Positions 10,341 to 18,874 of a stretch of 64,000 nucleotides of DNA are shown one piece after another. The notes below the pieces were generated by a model, which was given only the letters and a program-made list of their open reading frames with translations, was not told the DNA's origin and made no database searches. How positions within the stretch are numbered: position 1 is the first letter of the stretch; every line of letters begins with the position of its first letter. Origin of the DNA: Brevinematia bacterium (GTDB lineage: Bacteria > Spirochaetota > Brevinematia > Brevinematales > JAOACQ01); contig JBMFQR010000006.1 in NCBI GenBank assembly GCA_049968515.1, positions 6,648 through 70,647 on the forward strand. Reading direction: 5' to 3'. The translations under genes were made by a program, and so were the position numbers.

Positions 10341-10910
10341 TTATTTTTTTAAATTTTTTAAAATGATACTATAAGCTTTTGATAGCCTGTTATGGAGCTG
10401 TCTTACTGTTATGTCTGATATATTCGCGATTGTTTCAAGACTTAAGTCCGTATAATTACGCAGTAAAACAGCATTTTTCAACTTCTCAGGTAGTTTATAT
10501 ATTATGCTTAACAGGGTGTCTCTTATTTGCAACTCTTCCATTTTCCTTTCCTGTGTTGTATCCCTGACATCCGGGAAATAGTCAAGATTTACAACCTTAT
10601 TCCGTTTTAAATACTTAAATCTGTCCTTTATGGTATTCAAAAGTATTTTAAAAAACCATGGTTTGAAATTTTTTGCTCTATCAAAGGTTTGACCCCGTAA
10701 AATGAACTTTAAGAATGTTTCCTGTACAACATCTTCTGCATCCTGTCGACTTAGCCCGTAATATCTTGAGATATTATAACACTGTAAATAGTATCTGTTA
10801 TAAATTTCTTCATAATATCTCTTTATGACGTTCGAATAAAGAGCTTCATTCTTCTTTAATTCTCTGATTTTAGATAAGATTTCCTCATCACTCATTTCAT
10901 TCAAGGGCAT
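10341..10910 (-). CDS. ECF RNA polymerase sigma factor
   Basis: DAEDVVQETFL, FKPWFFKILLN, LPEKLKNAVLLR..LSLETIA (regions 2 and 4). Confidence 0.9.
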   Translation of the reverse strand: MPLNEMSDEEILSKIRELKKNEALYSNVIKRYYEEIYNRYYLQCYNISRYYGLSRQDAEDVVQETFLKFILRGQTFDRAKNFKPWFFKILLNTIKDRFKYLKRNKVVNLDYFPDVRDTTQERKMEELQIRDTLLSIIYKLPEKLKNAVLLRNYTDLSLETIANISDITVRQLHNRLSKAYSIILKNLKK

Positions 10911-10921
10911 AGCTACTCCAC

Positions 10922-11731
10922 CTAAAAAATAAATGTCATTCCAAAATCAAAGGAATATTTGTAGATATTTCCTTCTTGATTTATCGGATATAAGAACCCC
11001 AACCTGAATTTAAAGAATTCTCCAGCCTTTATAAAGTTGCAAAAATAAAACTCAAAGTTATCAGGAATTATAGCCTCTCTGGAAATATTATATCTATATA
11101 AAACTGAAAGTTGGGGTTGGTAATAAAATTTCAGATCGGCAAAGAAGTTTAATTCAAAAAGATAATCCACATTAATGTCTATCTCAAGTCTGTCTAGAGA
11201 TGAATTAAAACTGAAGATTTCTTCATCATAAGAATTTTCACTGCAATAAAATAAGTCCATCCACAACATAAAGGGTGGGATAAATAAACTTGCATTAAAG
11301 CCGGGATAAAAGGCAAAAATGCCATAAGAATAGGGATAGAAGCTAACCCTTTTACCATTTACATATCTATATGAGTCTTCCTGTACAACACCTGTTGGAA
11401 ACCGAAATTCTGGAATAAAAGAAATAGACCACCTTTCTTCAAAGTCTTTCTCGAGCAAAAATTTTGTTTTAAGATAGATATCTCCAAGAATTCCATCCTG
11501 ATATTTATCTTCAAAAAAGATGTAGGGTATAAAAAACTTTAAGTACACCCTATCATTTACTCCATAAGCAAAAGAAAAGAAAACTTCATCAAGAAAAGTA
11601 TTGGTAAGCGAAAAAAACTTATAACTCAAAGATGCTTCAAACCTTCCATTTTCAAGGTAGTATGGGTTATTTTCAAAAGAATATAGCGATGTTAAAATTA
11701 GTAAGAAAAAGGAGAGCAATAGATATTTCAT
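10922..11731 (-). CDS. exported protein, probable outer-membrane beta-barrel
   Basis: likely start MKYLLLSFFLL at 11731 with AAGGAG SD; signal peptide; aromatic-rich strands, GDIYLKTK and FPTG motifs, C-terminal Phe. Confidence 0.6.
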   Translation of the reverse strand: MKYLLLSFFLLILTSLYSFENNPYYLENGRFEASLSYKFFSLTNTFLDEVFFSFAYGVNDRVYLKFFIPYIFFEDKYQDGILGDIYLKTKFLLEKDFEERWSISFIPEFRFPTGVVQEDSYRYVNGKRVSFYPYSYGIFAFYPGFNASLFIPPFMLWMDLFYCSENSYDEEIFSFNSSLDRLEIDINVDYLFELNFFADLKFYYQPQLSVLYRYNISREAIIPDNFEFYFCNFIKAGEFFKFRLGFLYPINQEGNIYKYSFDFGMTFIF

Positions 11732-11747
11732 ACTCTCCTTCTTTCTC

Positions 11748-12107
11748 CTAAGCCTTTGAAAGGTTTTGTTTTGCAATCTCTATATATTTGATCATTGCAT
11801 TACTATCCTGAATGCAAAGGTTTGCAAGAGTTTTTCTATTTATGGCCACATTTGCCTTTCTTAAACCTTCTATGAAGCGATTGTAGCTTAAACCATGCTC
11901 TCTTACAAATGCATTTATCCTTAATATCCAGAGGCTTCTAAAGTCTCGTTTTCTTTTTCTTCTATCAATAGTTGCATATCTTAATGCATGCATTACAGCT
12001 TCTTTTGCTGCTTTTATCCTTTCTTTTCTTGCTCCGTGATAACCCTTCGCAAGCTTTAAAACCTTCTTTCTTCTTTTTCTACTGGCAACAGTATATCTTG
12101 CTCTCAT
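11748..12107 (-). CDS. rplT: 50S ribosomal protein L20
   Basis: KLAKGYHGAR, KRDFRSLWILRINA. Confidence 0.97.
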   Translation of the reverse strand: MRARYTVASRKRRKKVLKLAKGYHGARKERIKAAKEAVMHALRYATIDRRKRKRDFRSLWILRINAFVREHGLSYNRFIEGLRKANVAINRKTLANLCIQDSNAMIKYIEIAKQNLSKA

Positions 12108-12138
12108 TTAAATCCTCCTGTTGAAAACTTGATCTACT

Positions 12139-12336
12139 TTATGAGTAGGGAAGCAATCTTTTTATTCTGAACACATCACCTGAAAACAAAACCGGCTGTG
12201 CTTTGAGTCTCCTCTTGTTCTTTCTTGACTTATGAGTGAGCAAATGTCTTCTGTAAGCCTTATTTCTCAAAATCTTTCCACTACCAGAAATCTTGAACCT
12301 CTTGGCAGCAGATTTGTGAGTTTTTATCTTTGGCAT
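12139..12336 (-). CDS. rpmI: 50S ribosomal protein L35
   Basis: MPKIKTHKSAAKRFK; GGAGG SD before the ATG at 12336. Confidence 0.97.
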   Translation of the reverse strand: MPKIKTHKSAAKRFKISGSGKILRNKAYRRHLLTHKSRKNKRRLKAQPVLFSGDVFRIKRLLPYS

Positions 12337-12364
12337 AAATTCCTCCATTAATCATAATCAAAAA

Positions 12365-12886
12365 CTATTTTTTTTGCTTTGGTGGTCCCAAAACAAGCAC
12401 GATATTCCTGCCTTCCATTTTAGCAGGTTTTTCAACCACACAATCATCTTTAAGCTGTTCAAAAATCTTTTCTACAAGCTCAAATCCCAGATTTGCATGT
12501 GCCAGCTCTCTGCCTCTAAACCTTATGGTTATCTTTACCTTATCTCCCCTTGCAAGAAAATCCTTCATCTGGGTTAATCTGTAGGAAAAGTCATGATTGT
12601 CAATCCACGGCCTTAGCTTTAGCTCCTTTACCTCCACTATCTTCTGTTTTTTTCTTGCCTCTTTTGCTTTTTTTTCTTTCTGGTAAAGAAACTTACCATA
12701 ATCGATGAGCCTGCAAACGGGAGGGTCAGCATTAGGAGAAACCTCTACTAAATCCACCTCAAGCTCTTTTGCCTTTTTCAAAGCTTCCTTGATGGGGAAT
12801 ATCCCCAGTTGCTCCCCATTTTCTCCTATTAACCTGACCTCTTTTGCCTTGATCTCCTCATTGATACTATAATTCTCTGTTGCTAT
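12365..12886 (-). CDS. infC: translation initiation factor IF-3 (ATA start codon)
   Basis: frame extends to ATA at 12886 with AGGAGG SD; INEEIKAKEVRLIG, DLVEVSPNADPPVCRLIDYGKF, FRGRE. Confidence 0.95.
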   Translation of the reverse strand: MATENYSINEEIKAKEVRLIGENGEQLGIFPIKEALKKAKELEVDLVEVSPNADPPVCRLIDYGKFLYQKEKKAKEARKKQKIVEVKELKLRPWIDNHDFSYRLTQMKDFLARGDKVKITIRFRGRELAHANLGFELVEKIFEQLKDDCVVEKPAKMEGRNIVLVLGPPKQKK

Positions 12887-12918
12887 AAAATACCTCCTGA
12901 AATTTAATTACTATTATT

Positions 12919-14853
12919 TTACACTCTCTTTGAATTTTCTTCAACTATCCTTTTAAGAAATTCTTCCCATTTGTGCAAACCTTCTTCTCCTTTATCCCTG
13001 CTCCTTAAAGAAACACTGTTTGTTGATACTTCTTTTTCTCCGACAATACACATATATGGAACTTTTTCCATCTGAGTTTTTCTGATTTTATAACCAAGTT
13101 TTTCATTGCTCAAATCCACATCAGTTCTTATACCTGATTTTCTGAAATGCTTCTGTAAATCAATAGCGTATCCAGCAAACTTATCAGAAATGGGAATAAT
13201 AACAACCTGAACTGGAGAAAGCCAGAGAGGAAATTTTCCTGCAAAATGTTCTATCAAGATTCCCATAAACCTCTCTATGCTTCCAAGCACAGCCCTGTGT
13301 AACATAATAACCCTATGTTCTCTACCATCATCGCCAACATATGTAAGATCAAATCTTTCCGGCAGATTCATATCAAGCTGTATTGTCCCACACTGATGGG
13401 TTCTTCCGATGGCATCTTTGAGATGAAAGTCAATTTTAGGCCCGTAAAAAGCACCATCTCCTTCATTTATTTTATATGAGAATCCAATTTCATCAAGTGC
13501 ATTTTTAAGCCCATTGGTTGCAATTTCCCATTGTTCATCAGTACCCATTGATTTTTCAGGTCTTGTAGATAGCTCGATATTATATTCAAAGCCAAAAGCC
13601 TTATATACCTCATCAATTAGTTGAATTAGCTCAATCACGCTCGATTGTAAGGCATCGGCAGAGGTAAATATATGTGCATCATCCTGTGTAAAACCTCTTA
13701 CTCTGAAAAGCCCCTGTAGAACTCCGCTTCTCTCATACCTGTGGACCTTCCCAAACTCTGCAATTTTCAAAGGCAACTCCCTGTAGGAGTGAATGCTTTC
13801 CTTGTAATAAAGTATGCCACCCGGACAATTCATTGGTTTTATGGCGTAAAGCTCCTCTTCTTTTTCTGAAAAGAACATATTCTCACGATAATTATCGTAA
13901 TGGCCAGACCTTTTCCATAAATCAACCTTAAGCATTGTTGGAGTTTCTATTTCCACATAGTTTCTTTCTCTGTGCTTTTCTCTCATAAATTCAATCAAAA
14001 GATTTTTGAAAATTAATCCCTTTGGTTTCCAGAAAGGCAACCCCGGACCTTCATCATGAAAGCTAAAAAATTCCAGTTCCCTGCCAATTTTCCTGTGGTC
14101 TCTTTTTTTGGCTTCCTCAAAATTAAAGAGGTAGGTTTTCAAACTTTCTTCATCTCCAAAGGCTGTCCCATAAATTCTTGTGAGTGCATCATTTCTTTCA
14201 TCTCCACGCCAGTAAGCTCCGGAAACACTGAGTAGCTTGAATGCCTTCAACCAGCCAGTGAATGGCAGGTGTGGTCCCCTGCAGAGGTCAAAAAACTCAC
14301 CCTGCCTGTAAATTGTTACCTCATTGTCCGGAATTTCATTCAGTAATTCCACCTTATATTTTTGCCCATTATTACTGAATAATTTTATGGCTTCCTCTTT
14401 TGAAATCTTCTCCCTTAAAATTGGATGGTTTTCTTTTACGATATTTTTCATTTCCTCTTCAATTTTTCCAATGTCATTCTCTGTGATGGTATTTGAAGTC
14501 CAGATGTCATAGTAAAAGCCATCCTTTATAGCAGGACCTACACCGAATTTCGCATCTGGATAAAGCCTCAATACTGCCTGTGCCATTATATGAGAGGCAG
14601 AATGTCTTAATATTTCAAGACCCTTTTCCGTGTCAATACTTACAAAGAAAATCTCTGTGTCCTTCTCAATTCTTCTTGTAAGGTCAATAAGCTCTCCTTT
14701 AATTTCAACCGCTACAATTTTATCTATGTCACTTTCATTTTGAAAAACTTGCTTTAATAACTCATTGTTTGATTTTATACTATTTATAAGATCAAGAAAA
14801 CTCCAGCCCTCTTCTGCCTTAATAATCTTTCCCTCAATATTTAACTTCAACAT
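12919..14853 (-). CDS. thrS: threonine--tRNA ligase
   Basis: RHSASHIMAQA, DLCRGPH, RDHRKIG, KPMNCP, GAFYGPKID, HRAVLGSIERF. Confidence 0.98.
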   Translation of the reverse strand: MLKLNIEGKIIKAEEGWSFLDLINSIKSNNELLKQVFQNESDIDKIVAVEIKGELIDLTRRIEKDTEIFFVSIDTEKGLEILRHSASHIMAQAVLRLYPDAKFGVGPAIKDGFYYDIWTSNTITENDIGKIEEEMKNIVKENHPILREKISKEEAIKLFSNNGQKYKVELLNEIPDNEVTIYRQGEFFDLCRGPHLPFTGWLKAFKLLSVSGAYWRGDERNDALTRIYGTAFGDEESLKTYLFNFEEAKKRDHRKIGRELEFFSFHDEGPGLPFWKPKGLIFKNLLIEFMREKHRERNYVEIETPTMLKVDLWKRSGHYDNYRENMFFSEKEEELYAIKPMNCPGGILYYKESIHSYRELPLKIAEFGKVHRYERSGVLQGLFRVRGFTQDDAHIFTSADALQSSVIELIQLIDEVYKAFGFEYNIELSTRPEKSMGTDEQWEIATNGLKNALDEIGFSYKINEGDGAFYGPKIDFHLKDAIGRTHQCGTIQLDMNLPERFDLTYVGDDGREHRVIMLHRAVLGSIERFMGILIEHFAGKFPLWLSPVQVVIIPISDKFAGYAIDLQKHFRKSGIRTDVDLSNEKLGYKIRKTQMEKVPYMCIVGEKEVSTNSVSLRSRDKGEEGLHKWEEFLKRIVEENSKRV

Positions 14854-14925
14854 TTTTCCACTCCAGAAAAAATGGCAATATAGCTAATTATTATAACAAT
14901 AAATAAAAAAAAAGTAAAAATTTTA

Positions 14926-14979
14926 TTGACATTAACAGAAGAGTGTGGTATACTTTTTGTGTTTACGCACTATAGTGCG
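14926..14979 (+). promoter_or_regulatory. sigma70 promoter of the GH5 gene with a downstream palindromic operator candidate
   Basis: TTGACA-17 bp-TATACT with extended TG; perfect palindrome CGCACTATAGTGCG at 14966-14979. Confidence 0.75.
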
Positions 14980-14999
14980 AAGAATTTCAGGAGAAAAGA

Positions 15000-16349
15000 A
15001 TGATTAAAGAGTTTGTTAGTATCGAAGGGATTAATTTTGTTATTGATAATAAACCCTTTAAGATAAAGGGGGTTTCACTGGGAAGTTATTTAAATCTTGA
15101 ACATTTTATGATTAAGCTTCCCGGAATAGAAAGTAATATAAGAAAGGCTATTATAGAAATATATGGAAGGGAGAATGCTCTTAATTTCTGGCAGAATTTT
15201 GTTGAATGTTTTTTTACAGAAGAAGACGCTTCTTTTCTGAGAGAAATAGGGGTTAACACCATAAGACTTCCGTTTAACTATCACCATTTTCTTTCTGATG
15301 ACGGGGTAGATATAGAAGAAGGCTTTAACTTAATCGAGAGGGTGCTGAAAATCTGTGAAAGGAATGACATCTATGTCATACTGGATCTTCATGCTGCTAT
15401 TGGTGGACAGAATCCCGACTGGCATTCTGACAATCCCTGTGGGGAAAGTCTATTCTGGAGGTATCTTGACTTTCAGGAAAAGACTATATCTCTCTGGAAA
15501 AGAATAGCAGAGAGATTTAAAAATAGAGCTTCGATTATTGGGTATGATGTGTTGAATGAGCCCGTGATTGAGGACAGGAAAATTTCTGGAATCATAGTGA
15601 ACAACTTTTATAAAAAGGTCATATCTGCCATCAGAGAGGTTGATAAGAATCATATTATTTTTCTTGAGGGAGATTTTTATGCCACAGACACCTCAAGGTT
15701 TGAAGTACCCGAAGATCCTCTCGTGGCATATTCAATACATTTTTATCCCTTCTTTCATGTTGAAAAGCAAAGAGAAGGATACAGAAAAATGAACAGATCA
15801 GAAAGGAAAGAGTTTCTTAAGGAGATATTGAAAAAAACCTCGATTGATGATATACAGAAAAGATTGAAAAGGCCTGTATGGTGTGGTGAGACTGGAGTGC
15901 CCCACAAAGAAGAAATATCGAACGTACTTGAAGAATTGCTGGATGAGACACTTGAAGTTCTTGAGGAACTTAATATTTCATGGTCAATATGGACATACAA
16001 AGATGCAAAATCTATGGGTATGATTTACTGTGGGGAAGATACACCCTGGATGAAACTTTCGAAAGAGTTGTTAAGGGACTGGAGATTTTTAAGGGATTTC
16101 AATTTCTTCGAAGAGAAAGCTAAAGAATATGTGAGAGGTATTCTTCCAGAAATAACTCCATCAACAGAACTGATAAGAAAGATAATGTTCAGACTTCTTT
16201 CAATGAATGATCTTATTATGGTGGAAAAATTAAAATTGTTTCTTAAGGATATTCCATTTGATAAATTTTACAGCTATCCAGAGTCGTTCTTATTCAAGAA
16301 TTGTAACAAATGGGAAAGACTTGTAAAAGTAATAAAGAGGTGGCTATAA
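15000..16349 (+). CDS. glycoside hydrolase family 5, no signal peptide
   Basis: NTIRLPF, ILDLHA, YDVLNEP (acid/base), SIHFY, WCGETG (nucleophile), WSIWTYK. Confidence 0.9.
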   Translation: MIKEFVSIEGINFVIDNKPFKIKGVSLGSYLNLEHFMIKLPGIESNIRKAIIEIYGRENALNFWQNFVECFFTEEDASFLREIGVNTIRLPFNYHHFLSDDGVDIEEGFNLIERVLKICERNDIYVILDLHAAIGGQNPDWHSDNPCGESLFWRYLDFQEKTISLWKRIAERFKNRASIIGYDVLNEPVIEDRKISGIIVNNFYKKVISAIREVDKNHIIFLEGDFYATDTSRFEVPEDPLVAYSIHFYPFFHVEKQREGYRKMNRSERKEFLKEILKKTSIDDIQKRLKRPVWCGETGVPHKEEISNVLEELLDETLEVLEELNISWSIWTYKDAKSMGMIYCGEDTPWMKLSKELLRDWRFLRDFNFFEEKAKEYVRGILPEITPSTELIRKIMFRLLSMNDLIMVEKLKLFLKDIPFDKFYSYPESFLFKNCNKWERLVKVIKRWL

Positions 16350-16354
16350 GCTTT

Positions 16355-17068
16355 TCACCATTTCATCGGATTACCATTGTAGTCATAATACTGATGGTAA
16401 AGCACATCTTTCTCATCAAGCTTTAAGGCAAACTCCACAATCTTCCTTGATGCCTCCTCTGGATAAATATCGGCATCCATTCCTCCCATATCGGTTTTCA
16501 TCCAGCCGGGATGAAGGCTGATTACCTTTATTCCTTTGTTTTTCGAATAGTTGTGAAGTATTCTTGTAGCCATGTTCATTGCAGCCTTTGACATACAGTA
16601 TCCAAATTCTCTGTCTCTCCAGCAATCTTGTAAACTTCCAGCTTCCGAAGAGATGTTAATTATGAGCCTTTGCTTACCATTTTCTATCATTTTGTAAAAA
16701 TGTTTCAAAACTCTCAGACAGCCAGCCGAATTAACGTTGTAAGTGTCGATTACCTTTTGAATGTCAATTTCTTCAATAGAAGGCAAATCTGGTTTTTTGC
16801 CCTCCAGATAAACTGCAGCATTATTGATAAGTATATCAAGAGAGTTTGTTATCCCTTTCACTTTTTCCTTCGCCTTTATGACAGAAGCCTCATCAGAAAC
16901 ATCCATCTGAATAGGAAGCAACTCCTTATATTTTGATTCAAGCTCCACAAGATATTCCTTTTCCTTTCTATATCCTGCAAAAACTATATAGCCAGCCTTT
17001 ATAAAATCAGTGACAAGAAATCTTCCCAGCCCTTTCGATGTCCCTGTAATTAATACATATCTTCCCAT
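16355..17068 (-). CDS. SDR family oxidoreductase
   Basis: TGTSKGLG, LINNAA, YCMSK, LHPGWMKTDMGG; ATG at 17068 has an AGGAGG SD. Confidence 0.92.
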   Translation of the reverse strand: MGRYVLITGTSKGLGRFLVTDFIKAGYIVFAGYRKEKEYLVELESKYKELLPIQMDVSDEASVIKAKEKVKGITNSLDILINNAAVYLEGKKPDLPSIEEIDIQKVIDTYNVNSAGCLRVLKHFYKMIENGKQRLIINISSEAGSLQDCWRDREFGYCMSKAAMNMATRILHNYSKNKGIKVISLHPGWMKTDMGGMDADIYPEEASRKIVEFALKLDEKDVLYHQYYDYNGNPMKW

Positions 17069-17312
17069 TTTACCTCCTCTATTATTATCCGTGAAAGTAA
17101 ACAAACTTTTGTTTATATTATAATCAGTGCTAAAAAATGTCAAGGAAAGAAAAATCTCTACAGACCGCCTAATCCAATAAAGGATTTTTTCCGAAACTTT
17201 AGTATACATATTAATTTTATTTTAAAAGGTAGATCCGGGGAGACAAAGCCTCCTGATTTTATTGCAATTTGTCTCTATATATTCACAGAGAAAATAAATA
17301 GAAGGAAAAGAT

Positions 17313-18839
17313 ATGAATAAAACATTAAGATTAACATTTTTATTCTTCATAATATTTTTATTTTACTCGTTTAATAAATTTGAAAATATCTCCACTTTTG
17401 AGCTAAAAGGCAGAGAGTGGAAGATTTACAGAATTGAAGGCTTAAGCCTTAAAAAAGACCGAAATGGCAGGTATTTTATAGGGCTTTCTGAAAATCTTGA
17501 TGATAAAAATGCTGATCTTATAATTGATTTTGAAAATCTACATTTTTCCTCAGAAAGATACAGAAATCTATATGCTTCTTTCATAATCAACAAGAATGAA
17601 AAGTTTGCTGGGAATTCATCTGGAAAATTTTCTTCTGGAGAGAGTTCTATCAAGCTTCTGCCTCTTGAGACATCTATTTTTTATCCTGGAAAGGAGATAG
17701 GAAGTTTTTCAATAGACTTCTGGCTCTACCCTTACAAAAATTACGACAAGCAGTATATTGTTTACTATCTGGGTGAGGATGTCATAGACCCCGAACAGAG
17801 AAGGTATGGATTCAGTATATATATTGAGGATGGGAAGCTGAAATATAGATTTGAAAATTTTTTCTATAACTCAGATAAGAAGAAAATAATAGAAAATCTT
17901 GAGATATCGGAGGATGAACCTATTGCCCTTTATAAATGGGAACATCACGCAATATCATTCAATGCCAGAAATGGCAAGCTTGTGATTTATAGAAATGGTA
18001 TTGAAGAAAGGACAATCAGAGTGACAGAGGGCTTCTCAGTGAATGGTGCTATATACTACCCGTATATAAACAAAAACATCAATTCCCCTCTTATCATTGG
18101 TAAAAATTCATTTTTTTCACTTGATAATCTCAGATTTATGGAGGAGTTTATTACGAATTTTGACCTGTTCCCCCTGAATAGAAAAGAGGCTTTCTTAATA
18201 ACAGAAGTAATGAAGATATCGGAAAATTTATTTTTCTTAAAAGATATAAAACTAAACTTTAAAGCAGATGACAATTCATTTTTAAAGCTGGCTTACAGAA
18301 TTTCGGATGAGATTTTTTCTCCAGATAATACAAAAATTCCCTGGGTTTATGTGAATTTGGAGAATTTTAATCCCCCTGCATACCTTAACAGAGGAAAATA
18401 TATTCAGTTTAAGATTATTGTTTACCCTGAACTTGCAGTTGATGACATAAAACTCTATTCTGCCACATTAAAATATAGCATTGATGAAGCACCATACAGG
18501 CCACGAATTCTTAAGGTCATGCCGGGTGATGGTGAGGTAGAAATCCAGTGGCTACCATCCCCGGAGGATGATGTTGCTGGCTATGAGATTTATTACGGGA
18601 ATGAAAGCAAAAACTATATTTGCAACGATGCGAAAGAAGGCTCATCGCCTGTTTTCGTAAAGAGGCAGGGGGTGGGTTTAGAAGCCCATAGAGCAAAGCT
18701 ATCGCTAATAAATGAAAAACCATACTTCATATCTATAAGGACTGTAGATGTTAACGGGCACAAAAGCGATTATTCCGAAGAAATCTATGTGAGACCATCA
18801 TCTATATACAATTCGAACGGATATAGCATAGATAGATAG
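17313..18839 (+). CDS. exported LamG-like jelly-roll + fibronectin type III protein
   Basis: signal peptide; FSIDFWLYP and WEHHAISF (LamG-like); PGDGEVEIQWLPSPEDDVAGYEIYYG (FN3). Confidence 0.7.
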   Translation: MNKTLRLTFLFFIIFLFYSFNKFENISTFELKGREWKIYRIEGLSLKKDRNGRYFIGLSENLDDKNADLIIDFENLHFSSERYRNLYASFIINKNEKFAGNSSGKFSSGESSIKLLPLETSIFYPGKEIGSFSIDFWLYPYKNYDKQYIVYYLGEDVIDPEQRRYGFSIYIEDGKLKYRFENFFYNSDKKKIIENLEISEDEPIALYKWEHHAISFNARNGKLVIYRNGIEERTIRVTEGFSVNGAIYYPYINKNINSPLIIGKNSFFSLDNLRFMEEFITNFDLFPLNRKEAFLITEVMKISENLFFLKDIKLNFKADDNSFLKLAYRISDEIFSPDNTKIPWVYVNLENFNPPAYLNRGKYIQFKIIVYPELAVDDIKLYSATLKYSIDEAPYRPRILKVMPGDGEVEIQWLPSPEDDVAGYEIYYGNESKNYICNDAKEGSSPVFVKRQGVGLEAHRAKLSLINEKPYFISIRTVDVNGHKSDYSEEIYVRPSSIYNSNGYSIDR

Positions 18840-18874
18840 TTATTTGTAGTGTTGCCAGAGGCAATGCCAAATTT

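Noticed and set aside
14854-14920. T-box leader for thrS (also looked upstream of glnS and gltX)
   Set aside because: Upstream regions are short or AT-rich, with no GGTGG-ACC T-box motif or terminator.
17069-17209. N-terminal extensions in the ORF track (SDR to 17209, znuA to 62286, barrel to 11776)
   Set aside because: Downstream ATGs have strong SDs and family-typical N-termini; the extensions run through intergenic DNA or into the neighbouring gene.
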